Positions 1-9,088 of a DNA stretch of 64,000 nucleotides are shown here, in pieces. Where the stretch lies: NCBI GenBank assembly GCA_021414065.1, contig JAIOPE010000047.1, positions 46,272-110,271 on the forward strand. The letters are read 5' to 3'. Numbering within the stretch: position 1 is the stretch's first letter; each line of letters starts with the position of its first letter. Made by a program: the position numbers and the translations under genes. Below the pieces are notes generated by a model that saw only the letters and a list, made by a program, of their open reading frames with translations, was not told where the DNA came from and searched no databases. The stretch is from Planctomycetota bacterium (GTDB lineage: Bacteria > Planctomycetota > JAJSAM01 > JAJVHW01).

Positions 1-236
1 TCACGTGACGGACCCCAAGTCGGATCCCCTAGCCAGGACAATTCGCGAGGGTTCGCGCCTGGCCGAGCCCGCGGGCCGTCCGCTGCGTTGGGACCCTTGC
101 CTGGCTTGACGAAGCCGACGCTGCGGGTCCCGCCTTGCGGCCGACTCCGCGGATCTCGGCCAGGACAGTGTGTGGTGGCTCGAAGGCGCTTCGAATCGGC
201 GCGAAGTACTTGCTCTTCCTACGATGCGTGCCGTTC

Positions 237-2966
237 TCACGCGAACCCTCGCGAACTGTCCGGGCTAACACTGGCCTCACGAACCCGGCCCTCTTCGAGA
301 CGCAGGCGTCGCCACGTCGGGTCGTCCCAGAACGCGCGGCGGACAGCTTCTTCGCCGTCGAGAAGCGCGCGGAACTTCGACCCCGCGCGCGCGGCGAGGT
401 CGGCAGGCAGACCGTCTTCGACAACGCGGCCCGCATCCAGCACGAGCACGCGCTCCATCGTCTGCGCCTCGGTCACGTCGTGCGTGATCCACAGGATCGT
501 GGCGCCCCGCCACTTCGCCCGGGCGCGATCGAGGAGCAGTCGCCGCTGGTCGCGCGGGAGACCGCGGAACGGTTCGTCGAGAATGACGAGTCGCGGCGCC
601 GCCCTGGCGAGCCCGCGGGCGAACCGCACGCGCTGCCCTTCGCCACCCGAGAGCAACCCGCCGCCCTCGCCGAGGTCAGTCTGGAGCCCCTGCGGCAAGC
701 GGTCCACGACGCGGTGAAGTTCCGCGGCCGCAAGGATCTCGGCGACAGGGAGCGGCTCGGCGTGATCGTTCCCGTAGGCGATGTTGTCGAGGAGCGAACG
801 GTTCCAGAGGCGCACCGCCGGATCGATCCACACGGTCTCGCGACGCAGTCGTTCGAGGCGCGCGCGGTCGAGCGTCTCGCCGTCCACGACGACGCGGCCC
901 TGCTCCGCCCGGTGCCATCCGAGCAGCAACGCCGCGAAGCTCGACTTGCCCGCACCGGACGCGCCGACGACCGCGACGTGACTCCCCGGCGGGATCTTCA
1001 GGTCCACGCCGTCGAGCACCGTGTGCCCCGCCGCAACGACGCGAACGCCCTCGAACGCGAGATCGGCGCCGGGCGGCAGCGCCGCGCGGGCGGCGTCGGA
1101 CCGAACCTGCGGGGCGGACTCCTCCTCGGGCGTGCGGAGCGGTTCGATCGCGCGCAGGAACAGGTTTCGATGGATCGGAAGCTGGCGCACGACGCGCGCG
1201 ATCTCGTCACCGAACATCGGCAGCGCGAGCGCCCAGAACGCGAGCAGGAGCACCGTCGTGGGGCTCTGCCCGCGTGCCGCGTAAGACTGCACCAGCAGGA
1301 ACGCGCCCCCGAAGCCAACGATCGCCTGGATTGCATCGACACGGACGGCCGTCCGCACGAACTCGGCCGTGGACCGCGACCACTCGACGAGCAGACTCTC
1401 GTGCTCACGCCGAACGGCACGCTCGGCGCCGTGCGCGCGCAGCGGCGCGAGGCCGAGGAGCGCGTCGAGGTAGAAGCGTCCGAGCGCGCCGGTGTGGGTC
1501 CGGGTGCGGAGGTCCGTCTCCGCGAGCTTCTTCGCGAAGAGCAGCGGGACGATCACCGCTGCCGCGGCGGCGGCCGCAGCGAGATACAGCGCATCGGGAT
1601 CGATCCACACGATCGCGACGGCCGTCAGCGCCAGCGACGCGACCGCGCGGACGAGTTCGCCGAGAACGCGCGGGAGCACGCGAAGCTGATGGAGCGAGTG
1701 CCCGCGCTCGGCCATGTCCGAGACCGGCCGCGTCTGGAAGTAACGGTCGGAGAGGCGCGGGATCTTCTCCGACAGCGCCACCCGCATCCGCACTTCGAGT
1801 TGTCGGCCGAGACGCGCGAGCCCGCCTGCGATCCCAAGTTCGAGGAGCAGCAGCGCGCCGAGGAAGAGCCCGAGCACGCCGAGCGCCGTGAGTCGTTGCG
1901 GAACGAGCGTGAGGTCCTGCCCCACTTCGAGGAGTGCGCGGAGAACGACGCCTTCGACGACCGTTCCCGCGGCGACGACGAGCGTGGCGAGCATCAGCAC
2001 GAGCGTCGAGATCAGCCCGCCGCGCAACGTCCAGCGGACGACTTCGAGCCACGGTCGCACGGGCTTCTCGTCGAGCGCGGCAGCGAGCGTGCGCGACGTC
2101 GGCGTCTCCGCGGCGGCCCCGGCCTTGCGCCCGCCGAGCGTGAGGAACACGGCGCCTCGGAGGATGACGTCCTCGGTGTGCCGTGCGCCATCTGTCGTGC
2201 CGACCGTCGCTCCCTCGACCGGCGGCGCCGCGCGCACGCTCCATGCGTCCGGCGGGATCTCGACACCGCCCTCGCCGCGGGCGAGCGTCGCCACGAGACG
2301 CGCCGCCGCACCGCCACGCGCAACGCCGCCGGCCTCGGCGACGTCTTCGACGAACCGCACCGCTGCGTCGAGGCGCGCCAGCGCAAGCCAGGCCGACGTC
2401 GCAGGCGTCGCACCGCCCGGTGGGACCGCCGCCTCGTACATCGCACGAGCGTCCGCGGCGGCGCCGAGTCGCGCGGCGCGCCGCAAGAGCCCGTCGCGCC
2501 AACTGTCGCTCGCCGCCCACGACATCCATGCATCGGCGGGAAGCCGCTGCTCGTGGATGTAGACGTCGTCCAGGAACCGCCGCTTCGACACCCAGCGCCG
2601 CCCCACGGCCGGGTCCATCAACTGCACGAGCGGCCCGTGAACGCGCCAGAGCACGACGAAGTGCGTCATGCCGCCTTCCAGCACGACGACCACGATCGAC
2701 GGCGTGGCCTCGGTCTCCGGAAGCAAGAGGTGATCGAGCGGCGCCATCGACTGCGTCGCCTCGAGTCCGATCGCCTTCGAGATGTCTTCGAGTGCGTTGA
2801 TCGACGTGCCGTCTACGTCGGTCTGGCACGCCTCGCGGAGGCGTGCGTAGCTGAGACGCACGCCAAGGCCCTGCGCGGCGGCGGCGAGCGCGGCCGGTCC
2901 GCAGTCCATCGCCGAGGTCTGCACGACCTCGGGAACGAGCAGGCGCCGACGCGAGGCGGCGCTCAC
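237..2966 (-). CDS. ABC transporter with N-terminal C39 (double-glycine) peptidase domain; peptide/bacteriocin-exporter type
   Basis: 909-aa ORF. N-terminus has a C39 Cys motif (QTSAMDCGPAALAAAA) and a downstream His motif (THFVVLW). Hydrophobic TM core in the middle. C-terminal ABC ATPase with Walker A GASGAGKSS, signature LSGGEGQR and Walker B ILDEP. 4-bp overlap with the upstream HlyD gene. Confidence 0.85.
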   Translation of the reverse strand: MSAASRRRLLVPEVVQTSAMDCGPAALAAAAQGLGVRLSYARLREACQTDVDGTSINALEDISKAIGLEATQSMAPLDHLLLPETEATPSIVVVVLEGGMTHFVVLWRVHGPLVQLMDPAVGRRWVSKRRFLDDVYIHEQRLPADAWMSWAASDSWRDGLLRRAARLGAAADARAMYEAAVPPGGATPATSAWLALARLDAAVRFVEDVAEAGGVARGGAAARLVATLARGEGGVEIPPDAWSVRAAPPVEGATVGTTDGARHTEDVILRGAVFLTLGGRKAGAAAETPTSRTLAAALDEKPVRPWLEVVRWTLRGGLISTLVLMLATLVVAAGTVVEGVVLRALLEVGQDLTLVPQRLTALGVLGLFLGALLLLELGIAGGLARLGRQLEVRMRVALSEKIPRLSDRYFQTRPVSDMAERGHSLHQLRVLPRVLGELVRAVASLALTAVAIVWIDPDALYLAAAAAAAAVIVPLLFAKKLAETDLRTRTHTGALGRFYLDALLGLAPLRAHGAERAVRREHESLLVEWSRSTAEFVRTAVRVDAIQAIVGFGGAFLLVQSYAARGQSPTTVLLLAFWALALPMFGDEIARVVRQLPIHRNLFLRAIEPLRTPEEESAPQVRSDAARAALPPGADLAFEGVRVVAAGHTVLDGVDLKIPPGSHVAVVGASGAGKSSFAALLLGWHRAEQGRVVVDGETLDRARLERLRRETVWIDPAVRLWNRSLLDNIAYGNDHAEPLPVAEILAAAELHRVVDRLPQGLQTDLGEGGGLLSGGEGQRVRFARGLARAAPRLVILDEPFRGLPRDQRRLLLDRARAKWRGATILWITHDVTEAQTMERVLVLDAGRVVEDGLPADLAARAGSKFRALLDGEEAVRRAFWDDPTWRRLRLEEGRVREASVSPDSSRGFA

Positions 2967-4144
2967 TCCGTCTTCGTCCCGCTCGGCTCGTCGCTCCCGC
3001 CGGCGAGGAGTCGCCCGGCCGACCGGAGCGCGAGGGCGAGCGGCGAGACGCGTTCGACGTCCACCTCCGCGGTGCAGCCGAGGCCGTGCTCGAGCGGGAT
3101 GAACGATGTCTGCGAGGTGTCGATCGTCAACTCCGCGCGGAACGTGCCGTCGGCCTCGGGCGTGCCGAGGGTGGTGACGGTCGCCGCGACGGTGCCGAAT
3201 CGCGTCCAGTCGAAACCGTCGAAGCGCAGACTCACCTTCTGCCCCGGACGCACGCGTCCGGCGGTGCGAAGCGGGAAGCTCGCGACGACGCGCGGCGTGC
3301 CGCGGGGCACGATCACGCAGAGCTTCTGCGCGAGTTCGACGACGGACCCGGCGCGGACGGCCGCCACTTCGCCGATGCGGCCCCCGATCGGCGCACGCAC
3401 CGTGAACTCGGTCACGTCGTGCTCCAAACGGCGGATCGTCGCGACTTCCACGGCAACCGTCGCGTCGAGGTCGGCGATCTCCCGTTCGAGTTTCGACACG
3501 CGCGTCGCGCGGTCGGCGCGGTCCACCGCGGCGCCTGCGGAGAGCGTGTCCGCCTCGATCTCGATGGTCCGCACGCGGGCACGAGCCGCATCCGCCTTCG
3601 ACCGGGCCTCGCGCGCTTGCTCCTTCGGCATCGCGTTCCGCGCGGCGAGGTCTTCGGCGAGCGTGGCCTGATGGTCGCTCAGGGCGACCTGCACGCGGGC
3701 TTCGTCGGCGCGGAGGCGCGCTGCCTCGATCAGCTTCGTCGTTGAAAGGTCCACCGATCCGTCGGCCTTGCTTTCGGCGTCGATCTCGCGGCGGATCGCG
3801 GCGATGCGCGGCGCGACCGACGCAATCCGCGAGTTCGCCGACTCAATGTCGATTCGCACCGCCTCGGCGTCGAGTTCGACGAGCACGTCCCCCGCCGCGA
3901 CCTGCGCGCCGAGCACCATGTACACCGACGACACGCGCCCGTCGCGCGGCGTGCCGACAGTCGTCGCGGCCTGATCCACCTCGACGCGCCCCGCCACCGA
4001 CACTTCGCGCAGCGTCACCTCGCTGGTCACGCCCCACACGGCCCACGGCACCAGCACGGCCGCCGCGGCGACGACGAGCGCCGAGCGCCCGATCGTGCGA
4101 TCGGTGCGGAGACTGCGGAGCGTCTGAGCGAAGGCGGCGGGCAT
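2963..4144 (-). CDS. HlyD-family membrane fusion/secretion protein
   Basis: N-terminal TM helix (IGRSALVVAAAAVLVPWAVWG) followed by long coiled-coil segments typical of HlyD. The track ORF (574 aa) is over-extended by an Arg-rich N-terminus; start re-set to ATG at 4144 (MPAAFAQTL...). Immediately upstream of, and overlapping, the ABC gene. Confidence 0.8.
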   Translation of the reverse strand: MPAAFAQTLRSLRTDRTIGRSALVVAAAAVLVPWAVWGVTSEVTLREVSVAGRVEVDQAATTVGTPRDGRVSSVYMVLGAQVAAGDVLVELDAEAVRIDIESANSRIASVAPRIAAIRREIDAESKADGSVDLSTTKLIEAARLRADEARVQVALSDHQATLAEDLAARNAMPKEQAREARSKADAARARVRTIEIEADTLSAGAAVDRADRATRVSKLEREIADLDATVAVEVATIRRLEHDVTEFTVRAPIGGRIGEVAAVRAGSVVELAQKLCVIVPRGTPRVVASFPLRTAGRVRPGQKVSLRFDGFDWTRFGTVAATVTTLGTPEADGTFRAELTIDTSQTSFIPLEHGLGCTAEVDVERVSPLALALRSAGRLLAGGSDEPSGTKTE

Positions 4145-4230
4145 CGGGGACGTGATGAGACCGGGGCGGAGCGCCGCGCGAAAGCGGAAACCCGCGCGAC
4201 GGCGCTCGCCGCCCGCTACCTTCCGCGCCC

Positions 4231-5361
4231 ATGACCGATTCCAACCATGCCGCGGATGCGGCCTCCGCCGACGCCGAGATCGACCGCGCCATCGAACTGC
4301 ACGCGCAGGCCCAGGCCCTCCACGCACAGGGAGACGCGCGCGCGGCGACCCAACTTGCAGCGGCAGCTTCCGCCACCCTGGATCGATGCCTCGGCGAGGG
4401 CCACCCCGACTCCGCGAACGTGCGAAACCTCGTCGCGCATCTCGCGGTCGAGAACGCCGACCACGCCGCGGCCATCGCGCTCTACGAGCGTTCCGTCGCG
4501 GCCCTGGAGAAGACGCGCGCCGAAGACGGCACGAGCGAGCCGATCGAGCGGATCTACGTGCAGTCACTTGAGGGACTCGGGAACTCGCTCCGCGCCGCCG
4601 CGCGGTACGCCGAGGCCGAACCCGTGCTGCTGAAGGCGCTCGCGGCCGCCGAGGCGGGCCTGCCCGCGGGCGACGCCGACATCGCAAACTGCCTGAACAA
4701 CCTCGGGATGTTCTGCAAGTACACAGCGCGTTTCGACGAGGGCCGCGCCTGGTACGCGCGGTCGCTTGCGATGGCCGTCGCGAACGTAGGCGAGGACCAC
4801 CTCGACGTGGCGTCGATCTACCACAACCTCGGCGGCATCGAGCACACGGCGGGCAACTTCGCGGCGGGCGAACCCTGGGCGCGCAAGTCGGTCGAAGTGC
4901 GGGAGAAGGCTCTCGGCCCAGACCATCCCCACGTCGCGGCGGACGTCGCTGCCTTGGCAGCGTTGCTCGACGGGCTCGGGAAGTGGGACGAGGCCGAGGC
5001 GTGCTACCGCCGCGCGCTCGCGACGTTCGAGAAGCTCTACGGGCCGAATCACTACGAGGTCGCGTTCAACCTCGGCAACCTCGCGACGCTCGAAGCGAAC
5101 CGCGGGCGACGCGAGGAGTCCCGCGCGCTGTACGTCCGCGCCGTCGACACGCTGCGCCGTGTGCTCGGCGAACGTCACCCCGAGGTCGGCCTCTTCCGGC
5201 AGAACCTGGGCGTGCTCCTCCACGAGATGGGCCTGCTCGCCGAGGCCGGGCGCGAGTTCGACGCGGCGCTGCCGATCCTGGAATCGTCGCTCGGCCCGGA
5301 CCACCCGACCACCGCCGCCTGCCGGAAGAACCGCGACGACCTCCACCGCGGCCCGAAGTAG
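4231..5361 (+). CDS. Stand-alone TPR-repeat protein (TPR_12/kinesin-light-chain type), same repeat type as the kinase C-termini
   Basis: 376 aa. Repeated 'LGPDHP..A....NLG' TPR signatures (LGPDHPHVAAD, YGPNHYEVAFNLGNLA, LGERHPEVGLFRQNLG, LGPDHPTTAA). No kinase domain. Confidence 0.75.
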   Translation: MTDSNHAADAASADAEIDRAIELHAQAQALHAQGDARAATQLAAAASATLDRCLGEGHPDSANVRNLVAHLAVENADHAAAIALYERSVAALEKTRAEDGTSEPIERIYVQSLEGLGNSLRAAARYAEAEPVLLKALAAAEAGLPAGDADIANCLNNLGMFCKYTARFDEGRAWYARSLAMAVANVGEDHLDVASIYHNLGGIEHTAGNFAAGEPWARKSVEVREKALGPDHPHVAADVAALAALLDGLGKWDEAEACYRRALATFEKLYGPNHYEVAFNLGNLATLEANRGRREESRALYVRAVDTLRRVLGERHPEVGLFRQNLGVLLHEMGLLAEAGREFDAALPILESSLGPDHPTTAACRKNRDDLHRGPK

Positions 5362-5391
5362 CCACGTCGCTTCCTTCCCAGGGTCGATTTC

Positions 5392-5425
5392 GAAATCTCC
5401 GGATTTCCATGAACAGATCCGTCGC
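5392..5425. promoter_or_regulatory. Conserved divergent-intergenic motif, copy 1 (gaaatcTCCGGATTTCC...)
   Basis: One of 10 similar elements, all 75-120 bp upstream of a small repeat-protein ATG. Coordinates approximate (+/-5). Confidence 0.4.
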
Positions 5426-5501
5426 CCGATTGCGCTCGGAGAGGTGTGGGACGCGCACGACGCGCGACCCGGACACGAACGAACGCAACGGAGACACGAC
5501 C

Positions 5502-6029
5502 ATGAAGATCAACACGACGGTGAAGGCGGGCGGGCTCGGTTTCAACCACGCGGCGAGCGTCCGCTCGGCCGTCAAAGCCGGCGGGATGAGCGCCAACCAC
5601 GCCGCTCCGGTCCGCTCCACGGTCAAAGCGGGAGGCACCGGCGGCAACCACGCGGCGGGTGTTCGCTCGACGGTCAAGGCCGGCGGCAGCGGCGTCAACC
5701 ATGCAGCAACCGTCCGCGCCACGGTCAAGGCCGGCAGCATCGGCTTCAACCACGCCGCTCCGGTCCGCTCGACGATCAAGGCGGGAGGCCGCTGCACCAA
5801 CCACGCGGCTGGCGTCCGCTCGACGATCAAGGCGGGCGGCAGCGGCGTCAACCACGCGGCAACCGTCCGCGCCACGGTCAAGGCCGGCGGGTTCAGCTAC
5901 AACCACGCGGCTCCAGTCCGCTCGACGATCAAGGCCGGCGGCATTCGCGGCAACCACGCGGCAACCGTCCGCTCGACGGTGAAGGCCGGCGGGATCAGCC
6001 AGAACCACGCCGCGTCCGTCCGCGCCTGA
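5502..6029 (+). CDS. Small tandem-repeat protein 1 (175 aa; ~10 x 17-aa repeats NHAAxVRSTVKAGGxxx)
   Basis: ATG at 5502 preceded by GGAGA (caacGGAGAcacgaccATG). Protein is MKINTTVKAGG followed by repeated NHAA.VR[ST].VKAGG units, ending NHAASVRA*. 51-bp DNA periodicity. The track ORF 4983..6029 is over-extended. Confidence 0.8.
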   Translation: MKINTTVKAGGLGFNHAASVRSAVKAGGMSANHAAPVRSTVKAGGTGGNHAAGVRSTVKAGGSGVNHAATVRATVKAGSIGFNHAAPVRSTIKAGGRCTNHAAGVRSTIKAGGSGVNHAATVRATVKAGGFSYNHAAPVRSTIKAGGIRGNHAATVRSTVKAGGISQNHAASVRA

Positions 6030-8471
6030 TCATCCCTCCCGGCGGGGCGACGTCACTTCGACCGCCGGGGAACCAACCTCCTCGCTCGTGCCTGCGCTCC
6101 GCAGGATCTCGGCGAGGAGGTCGTGCATCGATGTGGTGCGCGGCGAGTTCCCGGCCGCAGCCAGGATGTCGATGGCGCTTCGCACCTGACGCTCGGCCTC
6201 GTCTCGCCGTCCGAGATGGTGCAGGACGCGCGCGAGCTGCCCGCGGGACATCGCGAGCCGCGGGTCGGTCGGGACGACGATCCGCGCGATGTTGTCCACC
6301 ACTTTGCGGAGCAGCACCTCCGCTTCGTCCCACCGGCCCAGGTCCGCGAGAAGCGTCGCGAAGTTGTGCATCGCCGCGACGGTCCCGATGTGGCTCTCGC
6401 CCTGGATCTCGGTGAGCACGACGAGCGACTCTCCGAGCGCCGCCTCGGCCTCGGCGTGGTGCTCGGGCCGGAGCGCCAGGATCGACCCGAGGTTCGAGAG
6501 CGTGCGAGCGACCAGCGGGTGCTTCTCGCCCAGAGTGCGACGTCGCGACGCGAGGCACTCGCGCAGGAGCGCGACCGCTTCGTCGGACGTCCGATCCACC
6601 TCCTTGATCGCGAGCGCCAGGTTGTTGCAGGAGAGTTGCGTCACCTCGTGGTCGGGACCGACGACCCGCCGTGCGCGTTCCAGCGTGTCGCGGAGGATCG
6701 TGATCGCCTCCTCGTTCCGACGCGCACAGGTGAGGGCGTGCGCCAGGTTTGACTGGAACTGGAGCGTCTCCCGGTGGTCCGGGCCGAATCGCCGGGCGGC
6801 GAGGCGCGCCACGCGCTCGAGTTCGGTCGCCGACTCCGCGAAGTCGCCCATGTAGCCGAGCGTGACGCCCAGGGCGGACCGGATCTCGATCGCCATCGGC
6901 TCCGATTCGTCGCCGGCCCGCAGCGCCGCGGCGAGCGAGCGGCGGCCCGACACGAGCGCCTCCGGCGCCTGCCCGAGCCCGAGCCGGCACGTGGTGATCG
7001 TGTAGAGCACCGACGCGAGAATCTCGGGCCGGTCGGCGAACGACCGCTCGGCGTCGTCCGCGGCGCGATTCAGCAGGTCCGCCACGCGCACGTCGCGGCC
7101 GTCGCGGTCCGGGTCGGCGGAGGCGAGCATCGACTCGAGGAACTTGCGGATGCGGTCCGCCTTCTCGCGTTCGACCTCGGCGCGGGCGAGCGCCGCGCGC
7201 GTCTCGGCCTCGCGCTCGATCGCGAGGCGTTCGTTCGCCTCGGCGCGGAGCACGGCGGAGCGGAGTTCGGCGTTCCGCGTCTGCTGCTCGACGAGCAGGT
7301 CGGTCAGGGCGCGCCCGCGCTTCACGCTGCGGAGCCCACGCTCGAGGAGCCCCGCCCGCTTCGCCCGCACCTTCCGCCCGGTGATCGCCGCACGCAGGTC
7401 GTCGGCGAACGCCGCCGCGGAGGCGTACCGCCGCTCCCGGTCCTTCTCGAGCGCGGCGAGCACGACCGTCTCGAGGTCCTTCGGGATCGCGGCGTTCAGC
7501 GCAGTCGGCGGGTCCGGCTCCCACGTCTGGATGCGGCGGAGCACCTCGTGCGTCGTCGGCCCCGGGAACGGCAGGCGGAGCGTGAGCGCTTCGTAGAGCG
7601 TGGCGCCGAGCGAGAAGACGTCGGTCCTCGCGTCGAGCGAGTCGGTCGCGCCGGACGCCTGCTCGGGGCTCGCGTAGTGCGGCGTGCCGACGAACCCGTG
7701 CGTCAGCGTGAGCGTGGCTTCGTCCTCGACCGAGGCGAGGCCGAAGTCGAAGAGCAGCGCGAACCCGTCGCGCCGCAGCAGCACGTTCGACGGCTTCACG
7801 TCGCGGTGTACGACGCCCGCGCCGTGGGCGTACGTCAGCGCGTCGGCCACGTCGATCACGGACTGCACGACCGCGCGCCACCACGGCCCGGACCACCGTT
7901 CCGGCGTCGGCGAGACTCCCGCCGCGCGTGCGAAGTCCTCGCCCGTCAGCGAAGCTGCGTCCCGCCCGCGGACCGACTGGATCGCCGCCGCGAGCGTTCC
8001 GCCTTCGACGTACGCCATCGTGAAGTACGGCTGCCCGTCGTCTTCGCCCATGTCGTAGATGGGAACGACGAGCGGGTGCGAGAGCCGCGCCACGGCTCGG
8101 GCCTCGCGCAGGAACCGTTCGCGGGCCTTCCCGGCGGCGAGTCGCCGCGGGAGCACCTTCAGGGCGACGGTGCGGCCGAGCTTCGTGTGCCGGGCGAGGT
8201 GGACCTGCCCCATCCCGCCGCGTCCGAGTTCCCGCAGGATCTCGTAGCCCGCGAACGTGGGCGCCGCGGCCGGCCGCCGCGTGACGGCCTTCGACGCGAG
8301 GTCGATCACCTCACGGAGCCGCGCGTGCAGGTCCGGCCGGTCCGGGAGCAGCGCCGCCGGGTCCGCGGCGCGTCCTTCTGCGAGGTCGGACATCACCTGT
8401 CCGAACAGCGCGTCGAGGATCGCTTCGTCGGCGTCTCCGTGGTCGTCGGCGCCGAGGTCGGGAGCCGTCAC
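6030..8471 (-). CDS. Ser/Thr protein kinase (Hanks type) with C-terminal TPR repeats, STK1
   Basis: 813 aa. Motifs GRGGMGQVHLA, VALKVL, HRDVKPSNVLL, DFGLA, GTPHYASPEQ. C-terminal ~450 aa of TPR repeats. ATGA overlap with the upstream ECF gene. Confidence 0.85.
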   Translation of the reverse strand: MTAPDLGADDHGDADEAILDALFGQVMSDLAEGRAADPAALLPDRPDLHARLREVIDLASKAVTRRPAAAPTFAGYEILRELGRGGMGQVHLARHTKLGRTVALKVLPRRLAAGKARERFLREARAVARLSHPLVVPIYDMGEDDGQPYFTMAYVEGGTLAAAIQSVRGRDAASLTGEDFARAAGVSPTPERWSGPWWRAVVQSVIDVADALTYAHGAGVVHRDVKPSNVLLRRDGFALLFDFGLASVEDEATLTLTHGFVGTPHYASPEQASGATDSLDARTDVFSLGATLYEALTLRLPFPGPTTHEVLRRIQTWEPDPPTALNAAIPKDLETVVLAALEKDRERRYASAAAFADDLRAAITGRKVRAKRAGLLERGLRSVKRGRALTDLLVEQQTRNAELRSAVLRAEANERLAIEREAETRAALARAEVEREKADRIRKFLESMLASADPDRDGRDVRVADLLNRAADDAERSFADRPEILASVLYTITTCRLGLGQAPEALVSGRRSLAAALRAGDESEPMAIEIRSALGVTLGYMGDFAESATELERVARLAARRFGPDHRETLQFQSNLAHALTCARRNEEAITILRDTLERARRVVGPDHEVTQLSCNNLALAIKEVDRTSDEAVALLRECLASRRRTLGEKHPLVARTLSNLGSILALRPEHHAEAEAALGESLVVLTEIQGESHIGTVAAMHNFATLLADLGRWDEAEVLLRKVVDNIARIVVPTDPRLAMSRGQLARVLHHLGRRDEAERQVRSAIDILAAAGNSPRTTSMHDLLAEILRSAGTSEEVGSPAVEVTSPRREG

Positions 8472-9088
8472 GCGCCCGCCGAGCCCGAGCGCAGGGCCTC
8501 CAGCGCCGCCACGTACAGGGCCGTCCCGCGCCGAAGGCGGTACCAGCCCGCGGAGAGGCCGATCCCGAGTTCCGCCACGACGTTCTCCATCGGCCTCTCT
8601 TCGAAGAGGTGAAGGCGCAGCACGGCCTCGAACTCCTCCGGGAGGCTCTCGAGCGCCTGCTGCATCAGCACCGCGCGTTCACGGTGGCTCGCGATACGAC
8701 TCGGCGTCACGGACCCCGCCGGGAACAGGTCGGTGACGGACCCGTCGGCCGGCGGGGCGAGGTCGCCGAAGCCGACGGCGGGCGTCTCGCCGCCGCGCTT
8801 TTCGGCCGACGCACGTCGCGCGATGTCGGTGACGCGGTTCCGCGCGATCGTGAGGAGCCACGAGCGGTAGTCCTTCACGCCCGTCCAGCGGTGCTGCTCG
8901 CGGTCGCGCCACGCGGCGATGAGCGTCTCCTGCCAGACGTCCTCCGCCTGGCAGCGCGCGCGGACGACCGGCCCCATCATCCGGCCGATCGCGACGAGCA
9001 CGCCGTCGGGTCCGACGCTCTCGATGAGCCGGTCCCACTGCGCGGGGTCTGCGTGCGGCGCGCCGGCGAACGTCGCGTCGTCGGTCAC
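8468..9088 (-). CDS. ECF sigma factor (ECF-a), STK-associated type
   Basis: Sigma-2 (AEDVWQETLIAAWRDREQHRW...LLTIARNRVTDIAR) and sigma-4 (LPEEFEAVLRLHLFEERPMENVVAELGIGLSAGWYRLRRG). Inferred GTG start (VTDDATF...) overlaps the TGA stop of upstream ECF-b (GTGA). Stop overlaps the STK1 start (ATGA). The track ORF (364 aa) is over-extended. Confidence 0.75.
   Translation of the reverse strand: MTDDATFAGAPHADPAQWDRLIESVGPDGVLVAIGRMMGPVVRARCQAEDVWQETLIAAWRDREQHRWTGVKDYRSWLLTIARNRVTDIARRASAEKRGGETPAVGFGDLAPPADGSVTDLFPAGSVTPSRIASHRERAVLMQQALESLPEEFEAVLRLHLFEERPMENVVAELGIGLSAGWYRLRRGTALYVAALEALRSGSAGA

Noticed and set aside
1-240. 79-aa minus-strand ORF at the left edge
   Set aside because: Arg-rich with no motifs, and likely non-coding or a fragment. 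The window boundary prevents assessment.
135-3671. 1178-aa plus-strand ORF and many other Arg/Pro/Ala-rich ORFs (e.g. 1405..2829-, 5066..5881-, 14191..15228-, 17869..18990-, 25997..27910-, 61654..63945-)
   Set aside because: Antisense or out-of-frame shadow ORFs typical of >70 % GC DNA. They have low-complexity R/P/A/G composition and no domain motifs, and they overlap well-supported genes on the other strand.
2963-4687. 574-aa version of the HlyD gene, and over-extended versions of other genes (4983..6029, 8468..9562, 46638..47165, 48250..49311, 49505..50737, 52867..54567, 55614..57452, 60505..61626)
   Set aside because: The N-terminal extensions are Arg-rich low-complexity translations upstream of clear RBS/ATG-supported starts where TM, signal-peptide or homology begins. 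Shorter starts were chosen.
4231-5361. Possibility that the stand-alone TPR protein is the N-terminally truncated reading of a kinase
   Set aside because: Upstream of its ATG (4145-4230) lies only the HlyD start region. No kinase-like sequence is present in any frame.
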